A stretch of 64,000 nt of DNA from Acidobacteriota bacterium (GTDB taxonomy: Bacteria; Acidobacteriota; Thermoanaerobaculia; Thermoanaerobaculales; Sulfomarinibacteraceae), in contig JAJDNH010000073.1 in NCBI GenBank assembly GCA_022340775.1, positions 12,519-76,518 of the forward strand, given 5' to 3'. Positions 8,838 to 17,122 of this stretch are shown here, one piece after another. The position numbers and the translations under genes are program-made. How positions within the stretch are numbered: position 1 is the stretch's first letter; the number at the start of each line of letters is the position of its first letter. Under the pieces are notes generated by a model, which ran no database searches, was not told the origin of the DNA, and saw only the letters and a program-made list of their open reading frames with translations.

Positions 8838-10703
8838 TCACTCCTCTCGCAACCAGGCTACTTGGTACGGTTTCAGGCGCAGGTTCAGAACGCCGTCCGA
8901 GACCACCGTCCCCTCCCCGCCCAGCAGGTCCTGGAGCTTGCCCGCAAGACCCACCTCGGCTGCCGCCACCTGTACACACACCGTCTCGCGGGAGACATTG
9001 ATCAGACTCAGCACCTTTGAACCCCCGGATGGAGCGGTCCGCAGCACCGCGAGCACACGCGAGTCGACCGCCAGAACCTGCTGCCGCCCATGGGGATGGA
9101 ACGCCGCATCGCCAACACGAACCTCCAGCAGATCCACCAGCCGCCTGGCCACTCGAGAAGGGAGCGACCCGGGATCCTCGAACTGCTCGAACAGCTTGTG
9201 AGACTGCAGCGCCGTCCGGTTGATGCTTCGGTAGGAGCCCCCGTGAGCCACCCCATCGAGATCATTCTTCGATCCGAACATGCTCGGCAGGTAGATCCCG
9301 GGCACCCCTCGCAGCACCAGGGCGATCGCGCGCGAAGCGATGAACCGATCGACGTGCACCTCCACGGGCTCGCTGCTGCCCGGCCGGCTCAGCACGGAGA
9401 ACCAGGTTGTGTTCAGCTCGTAGGGGTCCTCGGTCCCATCTCCGTTCGCCTTCTTGGACACGAAGCCACCACACTGGCGCGTTCTCTCGCACATCTTCCC
9501 GATCTGCTCCTCGGAGAGGATGCCTCGAGCACCCAAGACTCCGATGCCGTCGTGCGAGTCGAGGAGGTTGAGAAACGAGGTGGTGTCGGAGGGTGGCTCC
9601 AGTTTCGCCACCCAACGGCTCAGCTGCCGCGCATCTCCCTCCAGGAAGGCGTCCAGCACCAGCGGGGGCAGCGCGAAGTTGTAGACCATCTGCGCCTCGT
9701 CGTGCCCGTCTCCGAAGTAGGTGATGTTGTCGCGGTGGGGAACGTTGGTCTCGGTGACCAGCGCGACGTGCGGCGAAACAACATCGAGGACGTCGCGGAA
9801 CAGCTTGACCACCTCATGAGTCTGACGGAGGTGTGCGCAGCTCGTCCCCAACTCTGACCAAAGGTAGGTGACCGCGTCGAGGCGAATGAGGTCCGCGCCA
9901 CGCCGCACATAGTAGAGCAGGATCTCCAGAACCTTGAGCAACACCTTCGGATTCTTGAAGTTGAGATCTATCTGATCGGGTGAGAACGTGGTCCACACGT
10001 ATCGGGTCCCATGGATGGTGGCCACCTCGGTCAGCAGGTCCGTGGTCCGCGGCCTCAGTATCAGCCGCAGGTAGTCCTGGTCCACGGCTTCCCTGGAGCT
10101 GAACACGGTGAAGAAGCCATCGTACTCCGGATCGCCGTTGAGGAACTGCTGGAACCAGTAGCTCTTCGCCGACACGTGATTGAAGACCGCGTCGAACATC
10201 AGCTTGAAGTTGGACTCCAGCTCGGCGATCTCCTCCCACGAACCGAGGCGAGGATCGACCTCCTCGTACGAGAGGACCGAAAAGCCGCGGTCCGACGAGT
10301 AGGGGTAGAAGGGCAGAATGTGAAGCGTGCTGACGATACCGCGGAAGAAGACCTCGGTGAAATCAGCAAGGGTACGGAGCGGCCGGCGATCCTCGGAGAC
10401 GATCATGTCACCGTACGTGATGAGGATGACGTCCCTCTCCGTGAACCGTTGACGAGGGTCGAGGCGTCGCTCCATATCGATCAGCTCTGGCATCTGGAAG
10501 GCGTAGTGCACCCGCATCAGACGCTCGACCTGCCGAGCCACTTGATCCGCTGCCGCCTTGCCATACAGCACCTCCAGGCGACCGCGTATCCGTTCTCTTC
10601 TGGCCTCGGGGACGTCCAGGGCTGGACGTGTGTAGTCGGGCTGCAGGTTGAACAGCGTTCCTCGAAAATCGTCCGCAGAGACCTTCTTCCCGGCCTTCTT
10701 CAC
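8838..10703 (-). CDS. GH13_18 sugar phosphorylase, most likely glucosylglycerate phosphorylase (YcjM-like)
   Basis: LITYGD, HILPFYPYSSDRGFSV, MFDAVFNHVS, IRLDAV, VTETNVPH, SHDGIG, YELN; TETN/YELN matches my recollection of the glucosylglycerate phosphorylase clade; start (GTG 10703) uncertain. Confidence 0.8.
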   Translation of the reverse strand: MKKAGKKVSADDFRGTLFNLQPDYTRPALDVPEARRERIRGRLEVLYGKAAADQVARQVERLMRVHYAFQMPELIDMERRLDPRQRFTERDVILITYGDMIVSEDRRPLRTLADFTEVFFRGIVSTLHILPFYPYSSDRGFSVLSYEEVDPRLGSWEEIAELESNFKLMFDAVFNHVSAKSYWFQQFLNGDPEYDGFFTVFSSREAVDQDYLRLILRPRTTDLLTEVATIHGTRYVWTTFSPDQIDLNFKNPKVLLKVLEILLYYVRRGADLIRLDAVTYLWSELGTSCAHLRQTHEVVKLFRDVLDVVSPHVALVTETNVPHRDNITYFGDGHDEAQMVYNFALPPLVLDAFLEGDARQLSRWVAKLEPPSDTTSFLNLLDSHDGIGVLGARGILSEEQIGKMCERTRQCGGFVSKKANGDGTEDPYELNTTWFSVLSRPGSSEPVEVHVDRFIASRAIALVLRGVPGIYLPSMFGSKNDLDGVAHGGSYRSINRTALQSHKLFEQFEDPGSLPSRVARRLVDLLEVRVGDAAFHPHGRQQVLAVDSRVLAVLRTAPSGGSKVLSLINVSRETVCVQVAAAEVGLAGKLQDLLGGEGTVVSDGVLNLRLKPYQVAWLREE

Positions 10704-10726
10704 CGTGCCGGGCCCCGGACCCTCAT
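10700..10726 (-). other. 8-codon upstream ORF (MRVRGPAR) with strong SD, stop overlapping the phosphorylase GTG
   Basis: Minus strand GGGGAGG-atcaacc-ATG(10726)...cgGTGA; TGA 10702-10700 overlaps GTG 10703-10701. Confidence 0.4.
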
Positions 10727-10796
10727 GGTTGATCCTCCCCTTCCAGTCATCGATAGTATGATAGGCCAGCCGGGTGAGGCTGCTCCGGAGGCACCG

Positions 10797-11126
10797 ATGT
10801 TCAAGACTGAACAGCGTGGCGACGTCACCGTCGTAGTGGCTGGGAGCGAGCTGAACGCCCACAACGCCCCGGAGGCCAAAACCACTCTCAGGGGGCTGGT
10901 GAACTCGGGGAGGGTCAAGCTGATCATCGACCTCTCGGCACTCAGCTTCATCGACTCGGCGGGGCTCGGCGCCCTTCTCACGGCCTTCAAGACCGCCGGT
11001 GCAGCCGGCGGTCAGTTGGTTCTGTGCGGACTCTCCCAGCCCGTCAAGTCGATCTTCGAGCTGACCCGCCTCGATCGCGTCTTCCCCATCTTTGACACCC
11101 AGGAGGAGGCTGTCGGGAGCTTCTAG
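10797..11126 (+). CDS. STAS-domain anti-sigma factor antagonist (RsbV/SpoIIAA-like)
   Basis: 109 aa; IIDLSALSFIDSAGLGALL, ELTRLDRVF; GGAGG SD before ATG 10797. Confidence 0.92.
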   Translation: MFKTEQRGDVTVVVAGSELNAHNAPEAKTTLRGLVNSGRVKLIIDLSALSFIDSAGLGALLTAFKTAGAAGGQLVLCGLSQPVKSIFELTRLDRVFPIFDTQEEAVGSF

Positions 11127-11263
11127 CTCCTACGATTGAGATCCCCACCATCACCGACACCTTCTCCACGAGTTTCAATCCGCTGTGAACGATGCCCGCC
11201 AGCCGTGCTAGAGTCCGTTGGGCCGCGGCGCGCTTCCGCCCGCGGCACCTTGCGGGGAACCAG

Positions 11264-12082
11264 ATGCTCGAAGCTGCCAGCAATGGGTACCGAGTCGGTG
11301 CCGTCAGCTACCTCAACGCACGGCCTCTGATCGAAGGACTCGAAACCCGACCGGGCGTGAGCCTGGTGACAGACGTCCCATCAGGTCTCTTGCGCCGCCT
11401 CGTCGAAGGCGAGGTCGACGTCGCTCTCTGCCCCGTGATCGACTTTCAGCGCTCGACAGCCCCCCTCCGTGTGATCCCGACCGGCGGCATCGGCAGCGAC
11501 GGTCCCACCCTCACTGTTCGCCTTTTCAGTCGCCGGCCCATTTCCGAACTCGAAGAGGTCGCCGTTGACAGCGACAGCCACACCTCGGTCGCCCTCCTCC
11601 AAGTCGTGCTCCGCCACCTCCTCGGCCGCGTCCCGCGACTGCTGTCTTTTGACGCTCGAGCCGACGTCCCAACCGATCACGAAGCCGCGCTGCTGATCGG
11701 CGACAAGGTCGTTACCGCCGATCCAGGGAAGGAAGCGTACCCCTTCCAGCTCGACCTCGGGGGCGCCTGGCGCGAGATGACCGGTCTACCGTTCGTGTTC
11801 GCGGTCTGGATGGCACGCGCCGGAGCCAGCCTCGGATCGCTCCCCGAGGGCCTGGACGAGCAGCTGACTATCAATCTCGCCCGGGTCCCCGAGATCGCGT
11901 CCAGGTGCGGCCCTGTCTCCGGCTGGCCCGTACCCTTGGCCGAGCGGTACCTGGGAGAAATCCTGCAGTACCGGATCGGCGACCGCGAGCTCCAGGCCAT
12001 CCAGCTATTCTGGGACCATTGCCGTCGGCTGGGCTTGACGCCCTCCGAGCGGCCGCTCGCGCTGTACCCCTTACAGAGGTAG
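11264..12082 (+). CDS. mqnA: Chorismate dehydratase (futalosine menaquinone pathway)
   Basis: RVGAVSYLNARPL, DSDSHTSVALL, AALLIGDK, DLGGAWREMTGLPFVFAVW. Confidence 0.92.
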   Translation: MLEAASNGYRVGAVSYLNARPLIEGLETRPGVSLVTDVPSGLLRRLVEGEVDVALCPVIDFQRSTAPLRVIPTGGIGSDGPTLTVRLFSRRPISELEEVAVDSDSHTSVALLQVVLRHLLGRVPRLLSFDARADVPTDHEAALLIGDKVVTADPGKEAYPFQLDLGGAWREMTGLPFVFAVWMARAGASLGSLPEGLDEQLTINLARVPEIASRCGPVSGWPVPLAERYLGEILQYRIGDRELQAIQLFWDHCRRLGLTPSERPLALYPLQR

Positions 12083-13537
12083 GACCAACCGCCCGAGGGT
12101 GAGCGTCAGCAGGGTAATGATGACCGCGGAGGCCAGGTTGAGCCGGATGCCTTCGCGAAACAGGTCGGTCGCGCTGACGTGGCCCGACCCGATGACGATT
12201 GCGTTCGGCGGCGTGGCCACCGGCAACATGAAGGCGCATGAGCAGGCCACTGTCGCGGGCACCATCAGGACGTAGGCATGCTCCCCCAGGGCCTCGGCAA
12301 GGGCAGCCATGACCGGCACCAGCAAGGTCGCCGTGGCCGTGTTGGAGGTCAGCTCGGTCGCACCCATCGCGATCAGCGCCACGACCAGGACGAGCGCAGG
12401 CAGGGGGAGGACGCTGAGCCCGTGCAAGCGGCCGGCAAGCCAGGTATCCAGTGCTGCCGCCCTGACCGCATCGGCGATGGCAAACCCGCCGCCGAACAGG
12501 AGCAGGACGCCCCAGGGCACCCCGTGACGGATCTCCTCCCACGTGACCAACGGCCGCTTCGCGCCACCACCGGCCGGCAGGATCGCCGCGATGCACGCGG
12601 CGGCGATCGCAGGAACTGCATCGCTGACCAGCTTCGGGTTCGGAAGGAGCTGGCTCCACCCCGGGATCGAGAAACTCCCGAAATCCATGCCGGATCTGGT
12701 GATCCAGGCCAAGGCCGTGAGCGCGAACAGAATCGCTGAGCGTCGCTCAGCCGCCGACATCGGGCCAAGCGCCGTCCGCTCGGCCTCGAGCGCACTCCGA
12801 GCGCCGGTGTCGTCGCTCGACAGACCCCTGCCAAGGAGCAGCCCGGCCACGGGCAGCAGCAGCAGGACCATCGGTACTCCGAACAGCATCCAGCCGCCGA
12901 ACGTCAGGGTCGGCAGCCCTTTGACCAGCTTCGGCGCCATCCCGGCCAGCACCAGGTTGGGTGGCGTCCCGATCAATGTCCCGAGTCCGCCGATGGAGGC
13001 GCCGAAGGCCACCGCCAGGTAGATCCGCATTGCCGTACGGCCACGGGAAGTCCTGTCCACTACCCCCGACGCGATCGGCAGCATCATCAGGGTTGTTGCG
13101 GTGTTCGAGAGCCACATCGAGAGCACCGCAGTCGACAGCAGGAAGCCCCAGACCAACCGCTTCGGCGAGCTTCCAACGAGGTGCAGGATATTGAGGGCGA
13201 TCCTCCGGTGGAGGCCCGACCGTTCGACGGCCAGAGCGAGGACGAAACCGCCGAGAAAGAGGAACACCATGTTCTCGGTGTAGTTCGGCGCCACCTTGGC
13301 GACGCTCCGTACCGCCATGAGCGGGAACAGAACCAGCGGCAGCAACGAGGTGATAGCGAGCGGTGCCGCCTCTGTGACCCACCAGACGGCCATCCAGCCG
13401 ATGGCGGCGGCGACACGGAGGCCGGCGACACCCATCGTTCCTGAAGGCAATGCCAGAATCAACAGAAACAGGAGTGGTCCGGCCACGCGTCCAGCAATCG
13501 CGAGACGGCCCGGTGGTTGAGCACTGTTCTGAGACAT
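12071..13537 (-). CDS. SLC13/DASS family sodium:dicarboxylate or sulfate symporter
   Basis: LSMWLSNTATT, GTLIGTPPNL, WGVLLLFGGG, TELTSNTATA, FMLPVATPPNAIV. Confidence 0.92.
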   Translation of the reverse strand: MSQNSAQPPGRLAIAGRVAGPLLFLLILALPSGTMGVAGLRVAAAIGWMAVWWVTEAAPLAITSLLPLVLFPLMAVRSVAKVAPNYTENMVFLFLGGFVLALAVERSGLHRRIALNILHLVGSSPKRLVWGFLLSTAVLSMWLSNTATTLMMLPIASGVVDRTSRGRTAMRIYLAVAFGASIGGLGTLIGTPPNLVLAGMAPKLVKGLPTLTFGGWMLFGVPMVLLLLPVAGLLLGRGLSSDDTGARSALEAERTALGPMSAAERRSAILFALTALAWITRSGMDFGSFSIPGWSQLLPNPKLVSDAVPAIAAACIAAILPAGGGAKRPLVTWEEIRHGVPWGVLLLFGGGFAIADAVRAAALDTWLAGRLHGLSVLPLPALVLVVALIAMGATELTSNTATATLLVPVMAALAEALGEHAYVLMVPATVACSCAFMLPVATPPNAIVIGSGHVSATDLFREGIRLNLASAVIITLLTLTLGRLVLPL

Positions 13538-13571
13538 CTGATCTCCCGACCGAGAGTCTAGCGCTCCCCGA

Positions 13572-13919
13572 CTACGGCCACCAGCGGTAGATCTCGAGGT
13601 CGATCGTGCCCGAGGGTCGAAACTCGATTCCTTCAGACTCGAGAATCGCGCGCTGCAGACCGCTCGGGAAATCGGGCAGGCGGTCTGTCGAGCAGCCTCC
13701 CGAGCTGTTCACCACCCGCTGCCAGGGCACGTCATCGGGGCAACGGTGCAGGATCCAGCCGACCGCACGCGGCGAGATCCGACTTTCGAGCACCTGGGCG
13801 ATCTGCCCGTATGTCATCACCCGGCCCCGGGGGATCCTCTTCACGAGATCGAGCACCTGGTGGCGGGCTCTGCCCCGCTCGCTCGCGATCTCGCCGTGCA
13901 CCCGGTCGCCGTATTGCAC
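13572..13919 (-). CDS. Alkyltransferase-like (ATL/YbaZ, MGMT family) protein
   Basis: IPRGRVMTYGQIA, PRAVGW, VPWQRVVNS (Trp in place of the active Cys, ATL type); start placed at GTG 13919 from promoter spacing. Confidence 0.88.
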   Translation of the reverse strand: MQYGDRVHGEIASERGRARHQVLDLVKRIPRGRVMTYGQIAQVLESRISPRAVGWILHRCPDDVPWQRVVNSSGGCSTDRLPDFPSGLQRAILESEGIEFRPSGTIDLEIYRWWP

Positions 13920-13925
13920 CAGCAC

Positions 13926-13931
13926 ACTCTA
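13926..13931 (-). promoter_or_regulatory. Putative -10 hexamer TAGAGT, 6 nt before GTG (leaderless ATL gene)
   Basis: Minus strand TAGAGT-gtgctg-GTG(13919). Confidence 0.5.
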
Positions 13932-13945
13932 CCGCTATTCTCCTC

Positions 13946-13951
13946 TACAAT
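13946..13951 (+). promoter_or_regulatory. Putative -10 hexamer TACAAT, 6 nt before priA GTG (leaderless)
   Basis: TACAAT-cgcgcc-GTG(13958), no SD. Confidence 0.55.
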
Positions 13952-13957
13952 CGCGCC

Positions 13958-16450
13958 GTGAGCTGCCCCTCCCCGCCTGGAGAGCCTCCGAGGAGCATCA
14001 AGACCGGGCTCGATGACAGACACGGCTCGGCCGCGTTCGCGTCCGTCGCGGTGCCGCGCGGTGTGCCCGAGGCCCTCACCTACTCGGTGCCGGAGATGCT
14101 CAGACCTCTTGTGCGCGAGGGCGTACGAGCTCGCGTGCCACTGCGAGGACAAACCGTCACGGGGGTCATCGTCGGGCTCTCCGCGATCACTGACATCGAC
14201 CCGGGGCTGGTTCGTCCCATCACGGAGGTCCTCGACCCCGAGCCGCTGCTGCCACCTCACCTCCTCGAGCTCGCCAGCTTTGTCTCGTCCTACTACCGCT
14301 CCCCCCTCGGGATCACACTCGCCGCCATGCTCCCTGCCGGCCTGCTGCGAGCGGATGCGGAGGAGGCCGAGCTCACACCACGTGGCGCTGCCGCTGATCC
14401 CACCACGCTGCCGGACCGCCAGCAGGGAATCCTGCAACACCTGCAGGCCGAGGGGCGGTCGCGCACGACCGCTCTCCTCACTGCTGCGGGAGTAGCCACC
14501 CGTGGGCCGCTCGACACACTCATCGACGCCGGACTGGTCCGCCTGCGCCGGCGGCGCCGCGACCGCCCCCCGCGCGTGGAGATCGCTGCTGTGCGGCTCG
14601 CAGACAGGCCGTTGGAAGAGCTTCTGGCCTCCTGCTCGCGGGCTCCGAAGCAACGCCGCGTCGTCGAGCACTTGGCCGAGGCCGGGCGCCCGGCCCTGCA
14701 GCGCGAGGTGTGTGAGGTTGTCGGTTGTGCTCCGTCGGTCATCCGCGCGATGGCAGACAAGGGAGTGCTGGATCGTTTCACGCAGCTGGCCCCCGGGCGA
14801 CCGCGCTGGGCTCTTCGGCCCGATGAGTCCCGTTTCGAGCTCACGGATCAGCAGGCAGTGGCCGTCAGCGAGATCACCGCCGCGGTTCACTCTGGTAAGT
14901 ACGCTCCATTCTTGCTCGCCGGGATCACCGGCTCGGGCAAGACGGAGGTCTACCTCCGTTGCCTCGAGGCGGCCCTGGATGCCGGACGGACCGGCCTGGT
15001 GCTGGTCCCCGAGATCGGCCTCACGCCGGCCGCCGTCGGCGCCGTCGAGCGCCGCTTCGGTGAGCGTGTGGCAGTCCTCCACTCCGCCCAGTCCGAAGGA
15101 GAACGCTGGCGCCAGTGGCGCATGGTGCGGGAAGGACGTGCAGATGTCGTGGTCGGTCCCCGCTCGGCCCTGTTTGCACCACTTGGACGACTCGGTCTGA
15201 TCGTCGTCGACGAGGAGCACGACTCCGCCTATAAGCAGGGTGAAACCCCCCGTTATCAAGCGCGTGACCTGGCGCTGGTTCTTGGACATCACCTTGGCGT
15301 TCCCGTGCTGCTGTGCTCCGCCACTCCCTCGGTCGAGGCGGCAGCACTAGCGGAGCGAGGGCTCGCTCGCCGGCTCGAGCTGAACCGGAGGGTGGCAGGC
15401 GGATCCCTTCCCGAGGTCGAGCTCGTCGACCTGCGCGGCGAGCCGCCGGAGCCCGGCGAGCAGGGGCGCACGCTGTTCTCCCGCCGACTGCGCGAAGTGA
15501 TGGCGGAGACCATCGAGCGAGACGAGCAGATCATCCTCCTCATTCAGCGACGCGGTTGGGCGCCGGTGATGCTGTGCCGCGACTGCGGCCACAAGCTGGA
15601 GTGTCCGGACTGCTCGATACCGCTCGTCCTCCACCGCCGCCGCCGCGGCCTGCAGTGCCATTACTGCAGTCACAACGAGCCTCTGCCCGCGCAGTGCCCC
15701 CGCTGTGGCGGGACCCTCCTCGATGCAGTCGGAGCGGGCACCGAAAAGGTGGCCCACCACCTCGCTCGCCACTTTCCGGGGGTCACCGCTGCCATTCTCG
15801 ATCGGGACACGGTACGCCACCGCAACGGTCTCGAGCAGACACTCGGCGCCTTCGCCGCCGGGCGGGTCCAGGTACTGGTGGGCACGCAGATGGTCGCCAA
15901 GGGCCACCACTTCCCCCACGTGACGCTGACCGGAGTCATTTCCGCGGATGCGCTGCTCGGGCTGCCAGACTTTCGCGCCGGAGAAAGGACGTTCCAGCTC
16001 CTCACTCAGGTTGCCGGGAGGGCTGGGAGAGGTGACCGGCCGGGGCGAGTCGTCATCCAGACTTACTACCCTGATCATCCCGCGGTGCGGCACGCCTCCG
16101 ACCATGACGTGGACTCGTTCAACCGCGAGGAGCTCGTCTACCGCCGCGCCTTCCACTACCCGCCGGCAGTACGAATGGCGCTGGTGAGGTTCGAGGCCAC
16201 GTCGGAGCGCGCCGCACGTTCGGCGGCAGAGGCCGCTGCCGCAGCAGCAGGCACTCTTCCCACGGGAGTCCGCGTTCGTGGCCCGGCACCTGCCCCTCTC
16301 GAGCGCCTGCGCGGGCAGTGGCGCTGGCAGCTCCTGCTGACCGCGCCCAACCGAGAGCTTCTGCGTGAGCTCACCGAACGCGTCGAGTCGGCCGGAGTGC
16401 TGGGCCGGGCTCACCGTGTGGTTGACGTCGATCCTCTCTCGACATTGTGA
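13958..16450 (+). CDS. priA: Primosomal protein N' (replication restart helicase)
   Basis: GITGSGKTEVY, LVPEIGLT, VVDEEHD, CSATPS, four CxxC Zn motifs, GTQMVAKGHHFP, QVAGRAGR. Confidence 0.97.
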   Translation: MSCPSPPGEPPRSIKTGLDDRHGSAAFASVAVPRGVPEALTYSVPEMLRPLVREGVRARVPLRGQTVTGVIVGLSAITDIDPGLVRPITEVLDPEPLLPPHLLELASFVSSYYRSPLGITLAAMLPAGLLRADAEEAELTPRGAAADPTTLPDRQQGILQHLQAEGRSRTTALLTAAGVATRGPLDTLIDAGLVRLRRRRRDRPPRVEIAAVRLADRPLEELLASCSRAPKQRRVVEHLAEAGRPALQREVCEVVGCAPSVIRAMADKGVLDRFTQLAPGRPRWALRPDESRFELTDQQAVAVSEITAAVHSGKYAPFLLAGITGSGKTEVYLRCLEAALDAGRTGLVLVPEIGLTPAAVGAVERRFGERVAVLHSAQSEGERWRQWRMVREGRADVVVGPRSALFAPLGRLGLIVVDEEHDSAYKQGETPRYQARDLALVLGHHLGVPVLLCSATPSVEAAALAERGLARRLELNRRVAGGSLPEVELVDLRGEPPEPGEQGRTLFSRRLREVMAETIERDEQIILLIQRRGWAPVMLCRDCGHKLECPDCSIPLVLHRRRRGLQCHYCSHNEPLPAQCPRCGGTLLDAVGAGTEKVAHHLARHFPGVTAAILDRDTVRHRNGLEQTLGAFAAGRVQVLVGTQMVAKGHHFPHVTLTGVISADALLGLPDFRAGERTFQLLTQVAGRAGRGDRPGRVVIQTYYPDHPAVRHASDHDVDSFNREELVYRRAFHYPPAVRMALVRFEATSERAARSAAEAAAAAAGTLPTGVRVRGPAPAPLERLRGQWRWQLLLTAPNRELLRELTERVESAGVLGRAHRVVDVDPLSTL

Positions 16451-16480
16451 TGTTGACCCCCAGCCGGGCGAGTCTCACTC

Positions 16481-16501
16481 TGGATGCGTACAGCGCATCC
16501 A
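16481..16501. terminator. Hairpin between convergent priA and slyD
   Basis: TGGATGCG-tacag-CGCATCCA, 8-bp stem, no U-tract. Confidence 0.35.
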
Positions 16502-16583
16502 TGGGAGCGAGTGCCACAGAGCCCGTGCGAACGCCCTCGAACCGCGCCCCAACCGTCAGGGATGGGCTTCGCGGCAGAGCCTC

Positions 16584-17054
16584 CTAGTGGGCGTGCCCGT
16601 GGTCGATCTCCTCGGAGGTTGCGGTCCGGACGCCTACCACCTCGACCTTGAAGTTGAGAACCTTGCCGGCCAGGGGATGGTTGCCGTCGAGCGTTACCGT
16701 GGTCTCTTCGACACCAACAACCTGAAACGGCACCGTGGTGCCGTCCTGCTGCTGCGCCTGGACGAAGTCGCCTTCCGAGATGTCGAACTCGAAGCGATCT
16801 CGCGGAACCTCGACCAAACGGTCGGGATCGTGCTCGCCGTACCCGTTCTCAGCGTCGATCCGCACCGCAACGGCATCCCCGAGACCCTTGCCCTCGAGCT
16901 CCTGCTCCAGGCCCGGGATCAGCTGGCCGTGGCCATGCAGGTACGTGAGGGGCTCGCCGCCCTCGCTGGAGTCGATGACGGTCCCGTCGTCGCCGGTCAA
17001 GGTGTACTGGATGGAAACCACGGTATCCGCGGCGATCAGCTTCTTCTCGCTCAT
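16584..17054 (-). CDS. slyD: FKBP-type peptidyl-prolyl isomerase SlyD (short His tail)
   Basis: VVSIQYTL, PLTYLHGHGQLIPGLE, LDGNHPLAGKVLNF, ends DHGHAH; GGGGAG SD. Confidence 0.95.
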   Translation of the reverse strand: MSEKKLIAADTVVSIQYTLTGDDGTVIDSSEGGEPLTYLHGHGQLIPGLEQELEGKGLGDAVAVRIDAENGYGEHDPDRLVEVPRDRFEFDISEGDFVQAQQQDGTTVPFQVVGVEETTVTLDGNHPLAGKVLNFKVEVVGVRTATSEEIDHGHAH

Positions 17055-17122
17055 GTTGACTCCCCTGCGGCTGGCTGCGCCGCGCCCGGCTACGGTACAG
17101 CATCGGACGGCTCCAGTCACTC

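Noticed and set aside
10011-10796. 371-aa plus-strand ORF apparently fusing an unknown domain to STAS
   Set aside because: The first 262 codons are the antisense of the phosphorylase; STAS has its own SD and ATG at 10797
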